In this document: piece after piece, positions 11,431 to 20,535 of the stretch
Layout of the letters: every line of letters begins with the position of its first letter
Numbering within the stretch: position 1 is the stretch's first letter
Assembly (NCBI GenBank): GCA_035063585.1
Contig: JAPSGB010000008.1
Span: forward strand, 32,001 to 96,000
Length of the DNA: 64,000 bases
From: Polyangiaceae bacterium
GTDB taxonomy: Bacteria > Myxococcota_A > Polyangia > Polyangiales > Polyangiaceae
Direction: 5' to 3'
Program-made: the position numbers and the translations under genes
Notes under the pieces: generated by a model
Told to the model about the DNA's origin: nothing
The model's input: only the letters and a program-made list of their open reading frames with translations
The model's database searches: none

Positions 11431-11449
11431 GAAAATGCAAATCAGTATC
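11431..11449 (+). promoter_or_regulatory. Fur box
   Basis: GAAAATGCAAATCAGTATC matches 15/19 of the GATAATGATAATCATTATC consensus. It is an AT-rich patch in GC-rich DNA at the head of an imelysin-containing operon. Confidence 0.8.
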
Positions 11450-13090
11450 ACTTTCAGTGGGCGCTCCGAAGGGGGCGAGCTTGGTGGTGGAGGGCCGGCC
11501 TCGGCGAGCGCTCACCCCGCGGGGAGCGCGGCGGCTCCTGCCAAGCGTGAGCGAAACCTCGCGCGAGGAGCTCGCCGCCTCCGCGGCCTCGCTGCGAGCG
11601 TACTGCTCGCGGTCGGGCTCGGGAGCTCGTCCACCGCGCTCGCGGATGAACCGGCCGGCGCAGGCGCGGCTCCCATCGAGGAGCCGCCCCCGCCCACCGA
11701 GCCGAGCGATCGCGCGCCTGAAGTCGCCGATGATGCGACGGCGCCCGCCGCCGAGGTACCCGTCGTGGCCGCGGGGCACGCCGAGGTGCCCGCCGCGCCG
11801 CCGGCCGCGCCGGACCGAACAGGCCCCTCCGCGGTCCCCGTAGTGAAGGGACGTGACGAGCCGAAGCACGAGGCGTCGCGTTCGCCGTTCGAGCTCGAGC
11901 TCCACGGCTACGGCGATCTCCAGTTTGCCTTCCACGACTACGGCGCGAATCAGAACCGTCCGGGAGGCTCCCAGAGCGACCGCCGGCTCGTCTTCGACAC
12001 CACCCGCTTCGTGTTCGAGCTCGAAGGCCGGATGCCCTACGATCTGGAGTTCGAGGCGGAGGTCGAGTTCGAGCACGGCGGGACGGGCGTCGCCCAGGAG
12101 CTCGACTACGAGGAGTTCGGGGAATTCGAGCAGGAGGTCGAGAAGGGGGGCGAGGTCATCCTCGAAGAGTTCTATCTGAAGAAGAAGTTCGCCAAGCACT
12201 TCTCGGTCGCGGCCGGCCGGTTCTACGTCGCGGTGGGGCTCTTGTCGGACTTCAACCATCCGACCGACTACCTCGCGGCGACTCGCTCGGAGGCGGAGAC
12301 GACGGTCATCCCGGCGGTCTGGAACGAGATGGGGCTAGCGTTCAAGGCCAAGTTCGACTGGCTCCAGGCGACCGCCCAGGTGGTGAACGGGCTCGACTCC
12401 ACGGGGTTCAGCTCGCAGAGCTGGATCGCGACCGGGCACCAGCGCCGCTTCGAGTTCGTGCGCGCGAGCGATCTGGCGTTCGTGGGTCGCGTCGATCTCC
12501 TCCCGACGAGAGACGTCATCGTAGGGGCATCGGGCTATTACGGAGGCACGTCGCGCAACCGTCCGAAGGCCGATCTCGTCCAGGAATGCACGGGCGGCGC
12601 GGAGGATGTGGTCGCGCCGTGCGGCTATGTCGACGCGCCGGTCTTGATCCTCGACGCGCACACGCACCTCCGCCTGGGCCCGGTCCGCGCGAGCGCCCTC
12701 GCGCTCTGGGGACACCTCGCGAACGCCGGGGATGTCTCGAGCCGGAATGAACGACTCTCGAACGCGCTCAACGTCCTGCGGACGCCGGTCGCCGACGAGG
12801 CGCTCGCGATGTGGGCGGAGGTCGGGCTCGACGTGGCGCCGTGGCTGTCGCTCGAGCCCGCGCATCGGCTCGAGCCGTTCGTGCGGCTCGATCATTACGA
12901 CACGATGTTCCACGTGCGCGAGGGCCTGTTCGACAACCCTCGGTTCGAGCGCACGGTGTTCACCGGTGGCGTCGGCTACACGCTGCTCGACGCCATGGTC
13001 TTGAAGCTCGAAGCCAGCCGCCGGCACTTCGGCTCGTCGGCTCTCAACCCCGAAGACACCGTCCGGCTGTCGGCGGCCGTCGTCTACTGA
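11435..13090 (+). CDS. Outer-membrane beta-barrel porin of the type associated with imelysin iron-uptake clusters
   Basis: Signal peptide ending ALA-DE, Pro/Ala linker, then beta-barrel with acidic motif EVEFEHGGTG...EEFGEFEQEVEKGGEVILEEFY. C-terminal aromatic residue. Start uncertain (ATG 11435 overlaps the Fur box). Confidence 0.8.
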   Translation: MQISITFSGRSEGGELGGGGPASASAHPAGSAAAPAKRERNLARGARRLRGLAASVLLAVGLGSSSTALADEPAGAGAAPIEEPPPPTEPSDRAPEVADDATAPAAEVPVVAAGHAEVPAAPPAAPDRTGPSAVPVVKGRDEPKHEASRSPFELELHGYGDLQFAFHDYGANQNRPGGSQSDRRLVFDTTRFVFELEGRMPYDLEFEAEVEFEHGGTGVAQELDYEEFGEFEQEVEKGGEVILEEFYLKKKFAKHFSVAAGRFYVAVGLLSDFNHPTDYLAATRSEAETTVIPAVWNEMGLAFKAKFDWLQATAQVVNGLDSTGFSSQSWIATGHQRRFEFVRASDLAFVGRVDLLPTRDVIVGASGYYGGTSRNRPKADLVQECTGGAEDVVAPCGYVDAPVLILDAHTHLRLGPVRASALALWGHLANAGDVSSRNERLSNALNVLRTPVADEALAMWAEVGLDVAPWLSLEPAHRLEPFVRLDHYDTMFHVREGLFDNPRFERTVFTGGVGYTLLDAMVLKLEASRRHFGSSALNPEDTVRLSAAVVY

Positions 13091-13109
13091 GTCACAACGA
13101 GAGAACGTC

Positions 13110-14195
13110 ATGAAAATCATCCAGTCCTTGATGTGGTCCGTGGCTTTCGTAGGCACCGTCGGGTGCGGGTCGGACGGAGGCGGCGGCAGCGGCCCCACGT
13201 CGGGTTTCGACGACCAAGCGCTCGTCGTCGACTTCGCCGATCAGGTCGTGGTCCCCACCTACACGTTGCTCGAGCAGCGCATCGGCTCACTCGAGACCGC
13301 GGTCGACGCCCTCGCCACGAACCCGACGGCCGAGACCTTCAAGGCCGCACAGGACGCATGGATCGCGGCGCGGCAGCCCTGGGAGCAGAGCGAGGGGTTC
13401 CTCTTCGGGCCGGTGGACGCGTATGGCTACGACCCCGCGATGGATTCGTGGCCCGTCAACACGACCGACCTCGATGCGGTCCTCGCGTCGGGCTCCGCGT
13501 TCACTCCAGAGTACGTCGGAAACCTCCAGGAGACGCAGAAGGGGTTTCACACCATCGAGTATCTCCTCTTCGGCGTGGGGCGGAAGAAGACCGTCGCCGA
13601 TCTCACTCCGCGCGAGCTGTCGTATGTGTCGGCCATCGCCGCCGAGCTCACAGAGATCGCGACCGCGCTCGAATCGTCCTGGACTGACGGCGTCGACGGC
13701 CGGCCGCCGTATCGCGATATCTTCGCCAACGCCGGACAGCCCGGCAACACGTCTTACCCGTCACGCCTCGCGGCCGTTCAGGAGATCCTCGACGGGATCA
13801 TCGGCATCTGCGATGAGGTCGCCAACGGGAAGATCGCCGGTCCCTACGACGCTCACGATCCGACGCTCGTGGAGAGCCAGTTCGCGTTCAACTCGATCAC
13901 CGATTTTCAGGACAATCTGCGGAGCGTCGAGAACGTCTACTCGGGCGGCGTCCCTGCCGCCGGGACCAGCGGCAAGGGCCTCTCGGCCTACGTGGCCGAG
14001 CGTGACTCGGCGCTCGACGCGCGCGTGAAGAGCGAGCTCGCCGCGGCGATCGAGGCGATCGGGGCCATCCCGCCGCCGTTCCGCGACGCGATCGTGACGC
14101 CGAGCTCGTACAGCGCGATCGAGGCGGCCCAGGCGGCGGTCCGCAAGGTCCATGACACGCTGCAGCGAGACGTTCGGCCGCTCGTGCAAGAGTGA
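13110..14195 (+). CDS. Imelysin-family (peptidase M75-like, IrpA/LruB-type) iron-regulated lipoprotein
   Basis: Lipobox TVGC, ARQPWEQSEGFLFGP, DSWP, and metal-binding GxHxxE motif GFHTIEYLLF. Confidence 0.92.
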   Translation: MKIIQSLMWSVAFVGTVGCGSDGGGGSGPTSGFDDQALVVDFADQVVVPTYTLLEQRIGSLETAVDALATNPTAETFKAAQDAWIAARQPWEQSEGFLFGPVDAYGYDPAMDSWPVNTTDLDAVLASGSAFTPEYVGNLQETQKGFHTIEYLLFGVGRKKTVADLTPRELSYVSAIAAELTEIATALESSWTDGVDGRPPYRDIFANAGQPGNTSYPSRLAAVQEILDGIIGICDEVANGKIAGPYDAHDPTLVESQFAFNSITDFQDNLRSVENVYSGGVPAAGTSGKGLSAYVAERDSALDARVKSELAAAIEAIGAIPPPFRDAIVTPSSYSAIEAAQAAVRKVHDTLQRDVRPLVQE

Positions 14196-14199
14196 CGAC

Positions 14200-15696
14200 A
14201 TGCCCAACCTAGCTCGCAACGGCGCGCCCGCGTGGGGGCGCGCCCCGGGGACACCGTGCGGTTCCGGGGAGGGGGAGCGCGTGCCGCCGGGCGAGCAGCG
14301 GGGAATGAGCCACCCCGGGAGAGCTTCGGGGCAGGTCCCGAGGCGAGGCGCCCTGCGTGTGCAGGCGTGGGTCCTCTTCGCCGGCTTGTCGGTGGCCGCT
14401 GGCTGCGGGGCCGCTGGCGACGAGCAGCCGTCAGGGGACGCGCCGAGGGCCGGGGGTGACACCACCGTCATCGACCGTTCGTCGAACGCGTTCACGTTTC
14501 CCGCGCCGAACCTGGATGCGGAGGACCTCGCGTCGCACCTCGACGGAGACGTCGCCTTCGAGGCGACCTTCGTCACCGCCCCGGCGCCCCGCAACCCCGG
14601 CCTTGGCCCTCTGTTCAACAACAACGGCTGCGCGAAATGCCACGTTCGAGACGGGCGCGGTCTACCCGAGGCCGGACGAGGGCCGCACGGCAGCCCGCTG
14701 CTCGTGCGGGTGAGCGCAAGCGCGGGCGAGCCGGCGGTCCCGGGCGGTGCGGTCGCGGTGGAGGGCCTCGGCACGCAGCTCCAGGACCACGCCGTCTACG
14801 GGGCCACGCCCGAGGTGACCGTGGCCATTCGCTGGGTCGAGCAACCGGGGGAGTACGGGGACGGCGAGCCGTTCTCGCTCCGGCGCCCGGTCTTCGAGAT
14901 CACGCTCGCCAGCGGCGAGCCGCTCCCGCGAGACGTCATGACCTCGGCGCGCATTCCTCCGCCCGTGTTCGGGCTCGGGCTCCTCGAGGCGGTCGCGGAG
15001 GACGACATCGTGGCGCGCGCGGATCCGGACGACGCCGACGGCGACGGCATCTCCGGTCGCCCGAACTACGTCTGGGACGAGGTCCGAGGCGCGCCGAGCC
15101 TGGGGCGATTTGGCTGGAAGGCCAACGTGCCGAGCCTCTTGCAGCAAGCCGCCGCCGCGTACTCCGGCGACATGGGCGTGAGCTCGCCGATGTTTCCCGA
15201 GGCGGACGGGACCTCGGAGGTCGACGAGCGCACGCTCGGGGCGGCGGCGTTCTACACGGCGACGCTCGCCGTACCGGGGCGGTACGGCTGGAGCGAGCCC
15301 GAGGTGAAGCGCGGCGAGGCGCTCTTTCGCGAGGCGCGCTGCGCGACGTGCCACGTCGAAGAGCTCCGCACCGGGGAGCAGGCGACGGGCGCGCTCCGCG
15401 GGCAGACCTTCCACCCCTATACCGATCTCCTCTTGCACAACATGGGCTTCGACCTGGCGGATGGGAGGCCCGATTTCATGGCTTCGGGCACGGAGTGGCG
15501 CACCGCGCCGCTCTGGGGGCTCGGTCTCACGCATACCGTGCTCCCGTACTCGAGCTTCTTGCACGACGGCCGCGCGCGCTCGATCGAAGAGGCCATCCTC
15601 TGGCATGGAGGTGAAGCCGAGGCGTCGAAGGAGGCGTTTCGAGTCATGGCTGCGTCCGACCGCGCAGCCCTCATGGAGTTCTTGCGCTCGCTCTGA
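14200..15696 (+). CDS. Di-heme oxidoreductase (DHOR-family) lipoprotein
   Basis: GLGPLFNNNGCAKCH, DPDDADGDGISGR, GRFGWKA, CATCH, YTDLLLHNMG, WRTAPLWG, LHDGRAR, EAILWHGGEA. Alternative start ATG 14305. Confidence 0.92.
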   Translation: MPNLARNGAPAWGRAPGTPCGSGEGERVPPGEQRGMSHPGRASGQVPRRGALRVQAWVLFAGLSVAAGCGAAGDEQPSGDAPRAGGDTTVIDRSSNAFTFPAPNLDAEDLASHLDGDVAFEATFVTAPAPRNPGLGPLFNNNGCAKCHVRDGRGLPEAGRGPHGSPLLVRVSASAGEPAVPGGAVAVEGLGTQLQDHAVYGATPEVTVAIRWVEQPGEYGDGEPFSLRRPVFEITLASGEPLPRDVMTSARIPPPVFGLGLLEAVAEDDIVARADPDDADGDGISGRPNYVWDEVRGAPSLGRFGWKANVPSLLQQAAAAYSGDMGVSSPMFPEADGTSEVDERTLGAAAFYTATLAVPGRYGWSEPEVKRGEALFREARCATCHVEELRTGEQATGALRGQTFHPYTDLLLHNMGFDLADGRPDFMASGTEWRTAPLWGLGLTHTVLPYSSFLHDGRARSIEEAILWHGGEAEASKEAFRVMAASDRAALMEFLRSL

Positions 15697-15732
15697 CGGG
15701 ATGATGGCGCGAGCCGGCGACGTGACCTGATC

Positions 15733-18669
15733 ATGCAACGACCCACGGTGCTCTGTCCGGCGGCGCCCACGGCGCGTCGACTCGTCGTCGCGCTGGGCGC
15801 GCTCGCGCTCGCGGGCGCGTGCGGCGGAGAGCCGACCGCCCGCGAGACGTTCGACGCGAACGTGCTCCCCGTGTTTCAGCGCTCCTGCGCCGCGGCGGCC
15901 TGTCATGGCGTCGCGCCGGGGGCGGAGGCCCGCGGCGAGCAGATCGACTGGAATCAATTCTACCTGCGCCTGGATGCGCGGGGGATGCTGTCCGATCCGG
16001 ACCAGGCCTATGCGACGGCCAAGCGGGTCATCGACACGACCGAGGACCCCGAGTTCTCGCAGCTCCTCCGAAAGCCGCTCGGCGTGAGGCTCGGCGGGCT
16101 GCCTCACTACGGCGGGGAGAACTTCTCGGGGACCGACGATCCGGCGTATCGGGCCGTGCGGGACTGGATCTCCCTCGAGGCCGGAGGCGGTGAGGATCCG
16201 CGGCCCCTCGACGAGCTCGAGCAGCTCTTCGCCGACACCGTGCAGCCCGTGCTCGTGGAGGCGACCTGCATGACCTCGCGGTGTCACGGCCCGACCGCCG
16301 GCGCCACGCCGTACCACCTCGACGTGGGGTACCGAGGTCGATTCCCGGCAGCGGCCACCCGGCACAACTACGAGGAGACGCTCCGGATGGTGACGCTCGA
16401 TGGCGATCCCCTCTTGTCGCGCGTCATTCGAAAGGCTCAGCCCCTCGGGCCGGGGATCGTACACAAGGGCACGAATTTCGATTTCTTCGCCGGTGATCCG
16501 GGCGGGGGGGTCTCGGCCATCACCAACTGGATCTGCGCCGAGCGTCGGGCGCGCGCCGGAGAGGACTGCGCGAGCCCCGAAGCGCCGCCGATCTCGGGTT
16601 TCGTCTTCGTGCGCGGCCCGATCTCGCCGCACCCTGCGTTCGAGCTCGATTCCTTCACGCCGGGGAGTGATCTCTTCCTCGCGACCGTGGATACCCCCTC
16701 CGTCGTGCCTTCGTCGACGGAGAACCTCACCGAGCGGCTGCACCCGGGCGCCCCTGCCGACGTCCGCGATCCCGCGGTGTCTCGGGACGGTACCCGGGTC
16801 GTCTTCTCCATGCGGGTGAGCGCCGAAGACGGTCACCACCTCTGGATGCTCGACCTCACGTCACGAGCGGCGCGACAGCTCACCTCCGGCGCAGGCACCG
16901 ATCGTGACCCCACCTTCGGACCCGACGGGAGCGTCTGGTTCGTCTCGACACGCGCGGGCGTGGTGGCCGATCGAGGCGCGCTGCTCGACGCCGACATCTA
17001 CTCGCTCGAGCCGGAGACGGGAGCGCTCCGCCGCTGGACGTACACGCCCCACGTCGAGCGAAAGCCGGTGTTCTTCGACATCGGCGACGAGGCCGGCGGC
17101 GAGGTCGCCTTCAGCGCGCTGCGCGACGCGATCCCCGACCAGGCGCGCGCACACGTCTTCCGCTTCCCGCCGAGTCAGAGCACGGAGTATCACCAGCACT
17201 TCGGCATCACGCCCGTCGAGACGTTCTTCTACGACATGCGCGAGCTCCCCGACGGGCGCTACGTGAGCGTGGTCGGAGACCTGCCGGCCGTGTGGGAAGC
17301 GGGAGGGCTCGGGATCATCGAGCGGAACTTCGGTCCGGAGCTCAACCGGCGGGCGGCTGAGTCGCGCCCCGCGCTCGAGCTCTACGAGCCGCCGCTGGTT
17401 CGGCTCCAGGGCGACGGCGCCTACCGCGATCCCGTGCCGCTCCCCGACGGCAGGCTGCTCGTCGCGCATCAGCCGGGCCCGTTCGATCCGAGTGACCCGA
17501 AGGCGACCTTCACCCCGCGGCTCGAGCTGCTGACGCTCGTGGAGCGCCCCGACAGCAGCGGCCCGGCGGTGGCAGCGACCACCGTGCTCATCGAGGAGCA
17601 GGGGGTCGCGCTCACCGATCCGGAGCCCATCTCGGTTCGGGCGCCGGTCCGCCCCGACGGCGCGCCGCTCCCCCCGAACGACGCGGAGACTGCGCTCCTC
17701 ACCCACCAGGGTCTACCGATGATCGACGCGCTGCTCTCGAACCTGCCGCCTTCGGGCAAGAAGCAGCCGCGGACCGACATCGCGTACGTGCGCCTCGTCG
17801 AGCACCTCCCCATGACGCGGGCCGAGCGAACCGCAGTGCCGCCGGGGGAGACGCTCTTCGGCGCCGAGGACGCGACGACGACGGCGCTCGGGTCCCACGG
17901 GCCCGCGCGCATCCTCGCGGAGCTACCCGTCGAGGCCGACGGGAGCTTCCAGGCGCGCGTGCCCGTCGACGTGCCCTTCCGAGTACAGCCGCTCGACGCC
18001 TCGCGCATGGCGATCGGCGTGATGCATAATCGCTGGTTTTACACGCTACCCGGTCAGGTCCTCACGCAGGGGTTGTCGGTCGCGTCGGGGATGGAGCGCT
18101 ACGGCTCGAGCTGCGCGGCCTGTCACGGTGATCCGAACGGCGTGGGCGGTCGGCCGCCGGCGCTGGAGGAGCCCGACGCGATCACGGGCGCCTCCCTCTC
18201 GCTCAGCCGCTTCGAGGGCCAGAACCCGCGACGGCCCTTGGCTCCTCCTGTGCTCGGCGCGGCGACGCGCGTCGAGGTGGACTTCACGCGAGACGTACAG
18301 CCGATCCTCGATCGGCGCTGCGTCGGTTGTCACGCGGGCAGCGACGCCCCGGACGGCCTCGACCTCACCGGCACCCCCACCGCGCACTTCACCCAGTCTT
18401 ACGAGCACCTCCTCCGCGGGGGCGCCGGCTCCGGCGGCGGGCGCGCGTACGTCGACGATGGCGACGGTCGCGCTCGGAGCAGCTACCTCATCGAGCGGCT
18501 CATGGGCGTCGAGCTGGACGCGCCACGAGCGCTCCCCGCGGGTTCCTCGCGGCATCCGCTGGCCGGCGGCCGCTCGGGGGCGCTGACGGACGAGGAGCTG
18601 CTGGTCTTGATACGGTGGATCGATCTCGGCGCGACCTTCCGGGGGACCGGACGAGCGGTGACTCCATGA
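15733..18669 (+). CDS. Multi-domain heme lipoprotein: two CX4CH cytochrome domains, TolB/PD40 beta-propeller, hydrazine-synthase-alpha-like middle domain, two CxxCH
   Basis: Lipobox LAGAC. CAAAACH and CMTSRCH. PD40 repeats (DPAVSRDGTRVVFS, DPTFGPDGSVWFVS). DGSFQARVPVDVPFRVQPLD...W...PGQ segment. CAACH, then C-terminal FTRDVQPILDRRCVGCH...LIRWIDLGA. Confidence 0.75.
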   Translation: MQRPTVLCPAAPTARRLVVALGALALAGACGGEPTARETFDANVLPVFQRSCAAAACHGVAPGAEARGEQIDWNQFYLRLDARGMLSDPDQAYATAKRVIDTTEDPEFSQLLRKPLGVRLGGLPHYGGENFSGTDDPAYRAVRDWISLEAGGGEDPRPLDELEQLFADTVQPVLVEATCMTSRCHGPTAGATPYHLDVGYRGRFPAAATRHNYEETLRMVTLDGDPLLSRVIRKAQPLGPGIVHKGTNFDFFAGDPGGGVSAITNWICAERRARAGEDCASPEAPPISGFVFVRGPISPHPAFELDSFTPGSDLFLATVDTPSVVPSSTENLTERLHPGAPADVRDPAVSRDGTRVVFSMRVSAEDGHHLWMLDLTSRAARQLTSGAGTDRDPTFGPDGSVWFVSTRAGVVADRGALLDADIYSLEPETGALRRWTYTPHVERKPVFFDIGDEAGGEVAFSALRDAIPDQARAHVFRFPPSQSTEYHQHFGITPVETFFYDMRELPDGRYVSVVGDLPAVWEAGGLGIIERNFGPELNRRAAESRPALELYEPPLVRLQGDGAYRDPVPLPDGRLLVAHQPGPFDPSDPKATFTPRLELLTLVERPDSSGPAVAATTVLIEEQGVALTDPEPISVRAPVRPDGAPLPPNDAETALLTHQGLPMIDALLSNLPPSGKKQPRTDIAYVRLVEHLPMTRAERTAVPPGETLFGAEDATTTALGSHGPARILAELPVEADGSFQARVPVDVPFRVQPLDASRMAIGVMHNRWFYTLPGQVLTQGLSVASGMERYGSSCAACHGDPNGVGGRPPALEEPDAITGASLSLSRFEGQNPRRPLAPPVLGAATRVEVDFTRDVQPILDRRCVGCHAGSDAPDGLDLTGTPTAHFTQSYEHLLRGGAGSGGGRAYVDDGDGRARSSYLIERLMGVELDAPRALPAGSSRHPLAGGRSGALTDEELLVLIRWIDLGATFRGTGRAVTP

Positions 18670-19127
18670 GGTGGACGATGGGGTTCATGCTCCTCATCGG
18701 CGCTGGACCGGCGGCGTGCGCCTGGCCGACTTCGGAGCCGTGGCCCAGCTTCGGGACGCTCGACGAGTTCGTCACGCAGGCGCAGCCGGTGCTGGCGGCG
18801 AGGTGTTCGAACCCGAGCTGCCACGGCAACCCCGACCGCCCGCTGTCGGTGTTCGCCGTTCATCGCTACCGGCTGAACGCAGCCGACACCTTCCTGGACG
18901 CTCCGCTCACGCGCGAGGAGCAAGAGCTGAACTTCGCTCGGGCGTCGGCCTTCTTGCTCGAGGTAGGAGACGCTTCGCACAGCCTGCTGCTCGCCAAGCC
19001 GCTCGCGGCCCGCGCGGGAGGCGCGGGGCACGACGCGGTCGAGGTGTTCGGCGATCGCGAGGACTACGACTACCGTCGCCTGCGCGGGTGGGTCGAGCAG
19101 GCGCTGGCCGCGCGGGAGGCTCCGTGA
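18666..19127 (+). CDS. Small lipoprotein cytochrome c with CX4CH motif
   Basis: ATG 18666 (ATGA overlap). MRWTMGFMLLIGAGPAAC; QPVLAARCSNPSCHG...SLLLAKPL...GGAGH...LRGWV parallels the N-terminal domains of the upstream protein. Confidence 0.75.
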   Translation: MRWTMGFMLLIGAGPAACAWPTSEPWPSFGTLDEFVTQAQPVLAARCSNPSCHGNPDRPLSVFAVHRYRLNAADTFLDAPLTREEQELNFARASAFLLEVGDASHSLLLAKPLAARAGGAGHDAVEVFGDREDYDYRRLRGWVEQALAAREAP

Positions 19128-19342
19128 CGCGCCGGCTCCGCGTCGCGCTCGCTTCCACTTGCGCGCTGGTCTTCTGGGCCGGCTGCGCCCCGGTTCCCGC
19201 CTATCAGCGCGGGCGCCTGATGCAGCGGTCGATGCAGCCGAAGCCCCCGCTCGACGCGGCGTTCGACGCGCACGTGGAGGACCTGCGTGAGAGCGCCATC
19301 GGCGCCTCGGGCGGAGAGAGCGCGTCATGCGGGTGTCGTTGA
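19124..19342 (+). CDS. DUF4266-family small lipoprotein
   Basis: GTG 19124 (GTGA overlap). WAGC lipobox, VPAYQRGRL...M...HV...RE.A.G..GG...SCGC C-terminus. Confidence 0.85.
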   Translation: MTRRLRVALASTCALVFWAGCAPVPAYQRGRLMQRSMQPKPPLDAAFDAHVEDLRESAIGASGGESASCGCR

Positions 19343-20418
19343 CCGCCCTGGCCCTCGGCGCCATCGGGACCGGGTGCGGGGCGACGGTGAGCCACCGCGC
19401 GAGCGCGCGCGTGCACGTCTACGATGATCCACGGATCACCGTCGTATCACCGACCGTAGAGGAGCAAGCTCAGATCGCCGATACGAAGGTGACCGCGCAC
19501 TACGGCGTCGACGCGGTGAGCGGCGCCACGCAGGCGCTGACGGTCGACGCGGTCTCGTCCGCCACCCGGTTCTCGGAGGTCAGGCAGGACGCCGGGCTCA
19601 GGGCGGCCCACGCATTCTCCGCGGAGACGGAGCTATCGGGAGGTTATAACCTCAGCCGGGAGCCGGATGACCTCGTGCATGTGCCGTCGCTCCGGCTCAC
19701 TCAGGAGCTCTTCGAGCGAATGGTCCGGGCGGCGGTGGGCTATCAGCTGGTCGTCGAGTCGATCGGTCGCACCGGAGATCCGCTCTTCCGCGAGCACGCG
19801 CTCGGGCATCGCGTCGATGTCGAGTGGACGCAGATCGCGACGCGCTCGCTCACCTTGACGGTGCTCGGCACGGGGACCGCGACCGAGTGCAGCGCCGGCA
19901 TCGGGTGCTTCGCCAACCCGTACCGCTACGTCGGGATCGCGCGCGGCGCCGCCCACATCGCCCTGCCCGAACGCCACCCGGACCAGCGCTTCACGGGCGC
20001 CGGCGCGCTCCGGCTATCGTGGGCGTTCGCCGGCTCGAGCGCCCTTCAGGCCGGCTCCCGGTGGGCCGTCGACAGCTGGAGCGTGGCCGCGTACACGGCC
20101 GACGCGGCGGTCGTGACCGAGCTCTTCGACGACCGCCTGCTCGCGCGGGCCGAGGCGCGCGCGACCCTGCAGAGTCGCGCGTCGTTCTACGACGAGCGCT
20201 ACCAGGGCTCCGGCGGCGTCCTGCCGGCGTACCGAACCGCGGACGCGGAGCTCTCCGGATTGCGGAACGCCCGAGCGCAGCTCTTCCTCGATTGGGCGTG
20301 GGGCCCCGTGCACATCGTCGGCCAGCTTGGCCGGATGTGGAACTACTACCCGGGGTTCCCCGCGTTGCCGACGCGGCACGCGTGGATCGCCGGGGGCGGG
20401 CTCGACGCCAACTTCTGA
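19327..20418 (+). CDS. DUF3570-family outer-membrane beta-barrel protein
   Basis: VDAVSGAT...VDAVSSAT, SREPD, NPYRYV, ERHPDQR, DSWSVAAYT, Q.RASFY, YRTADAELS. Terminal Phe; overlaps the DUF4266 gene. Confidence 0.8.
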   Translation: MRVSLTALALGAIGTGCGATVSHRASARVHVYDDPRITVVSPTVEEQAQIADTKVTAHYGVDAVSGATQALTVDAVSSATRFSEVRQDAGLRAAHAFSAETELSGGYNLSREPDDLVHVPSLRLTQELFERMVRAAVGYQLVVESIGRTGDPLFREHALGHRVDVEWTQIATRSLTLTVLGTGTATECSAGIGCFANPYRYVGIARGAAHIALPERHPDQRFTGAGALRLSWAFAGSSALQAGSRWAVDSWSVAAYTADAAVVTELFDDRLLARAEARATLQSRASFYDERYQGSGGVLPAYRTADAELSGLRNARAQLFLDWAWGPVHIVGQLGRMWNYYPGFPALPTRHAWIAGGGLDANF

Positions 20419-20535
20419 GCGTCACGCCGCTGCCGGGCGAGCCGCGCGGGCCGTTCCTCGGGGGCGGTCGGAGCGGCGCGAGCGCGGAGCTCACGGGCTC
20501 CGCCGCGAGTTGCTCGCGCTAGACTCCCGGGCACC

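Noticed and set aside
10614..11451. ORFs in the dnaG-porin intergenic region (10614-11048, 10930-11451, 10991-11320)
   Set aside because: Arg/Pro/Ala-rich, no recognisable domain, and they simply translate the DNA repeats.
15733..18669. Anammox hydrazine synthase function
   Set aside because: No beta or gamma subunits or HAO-like genes, and the context is iron uptake. Only a domain-level resemblance is supported.
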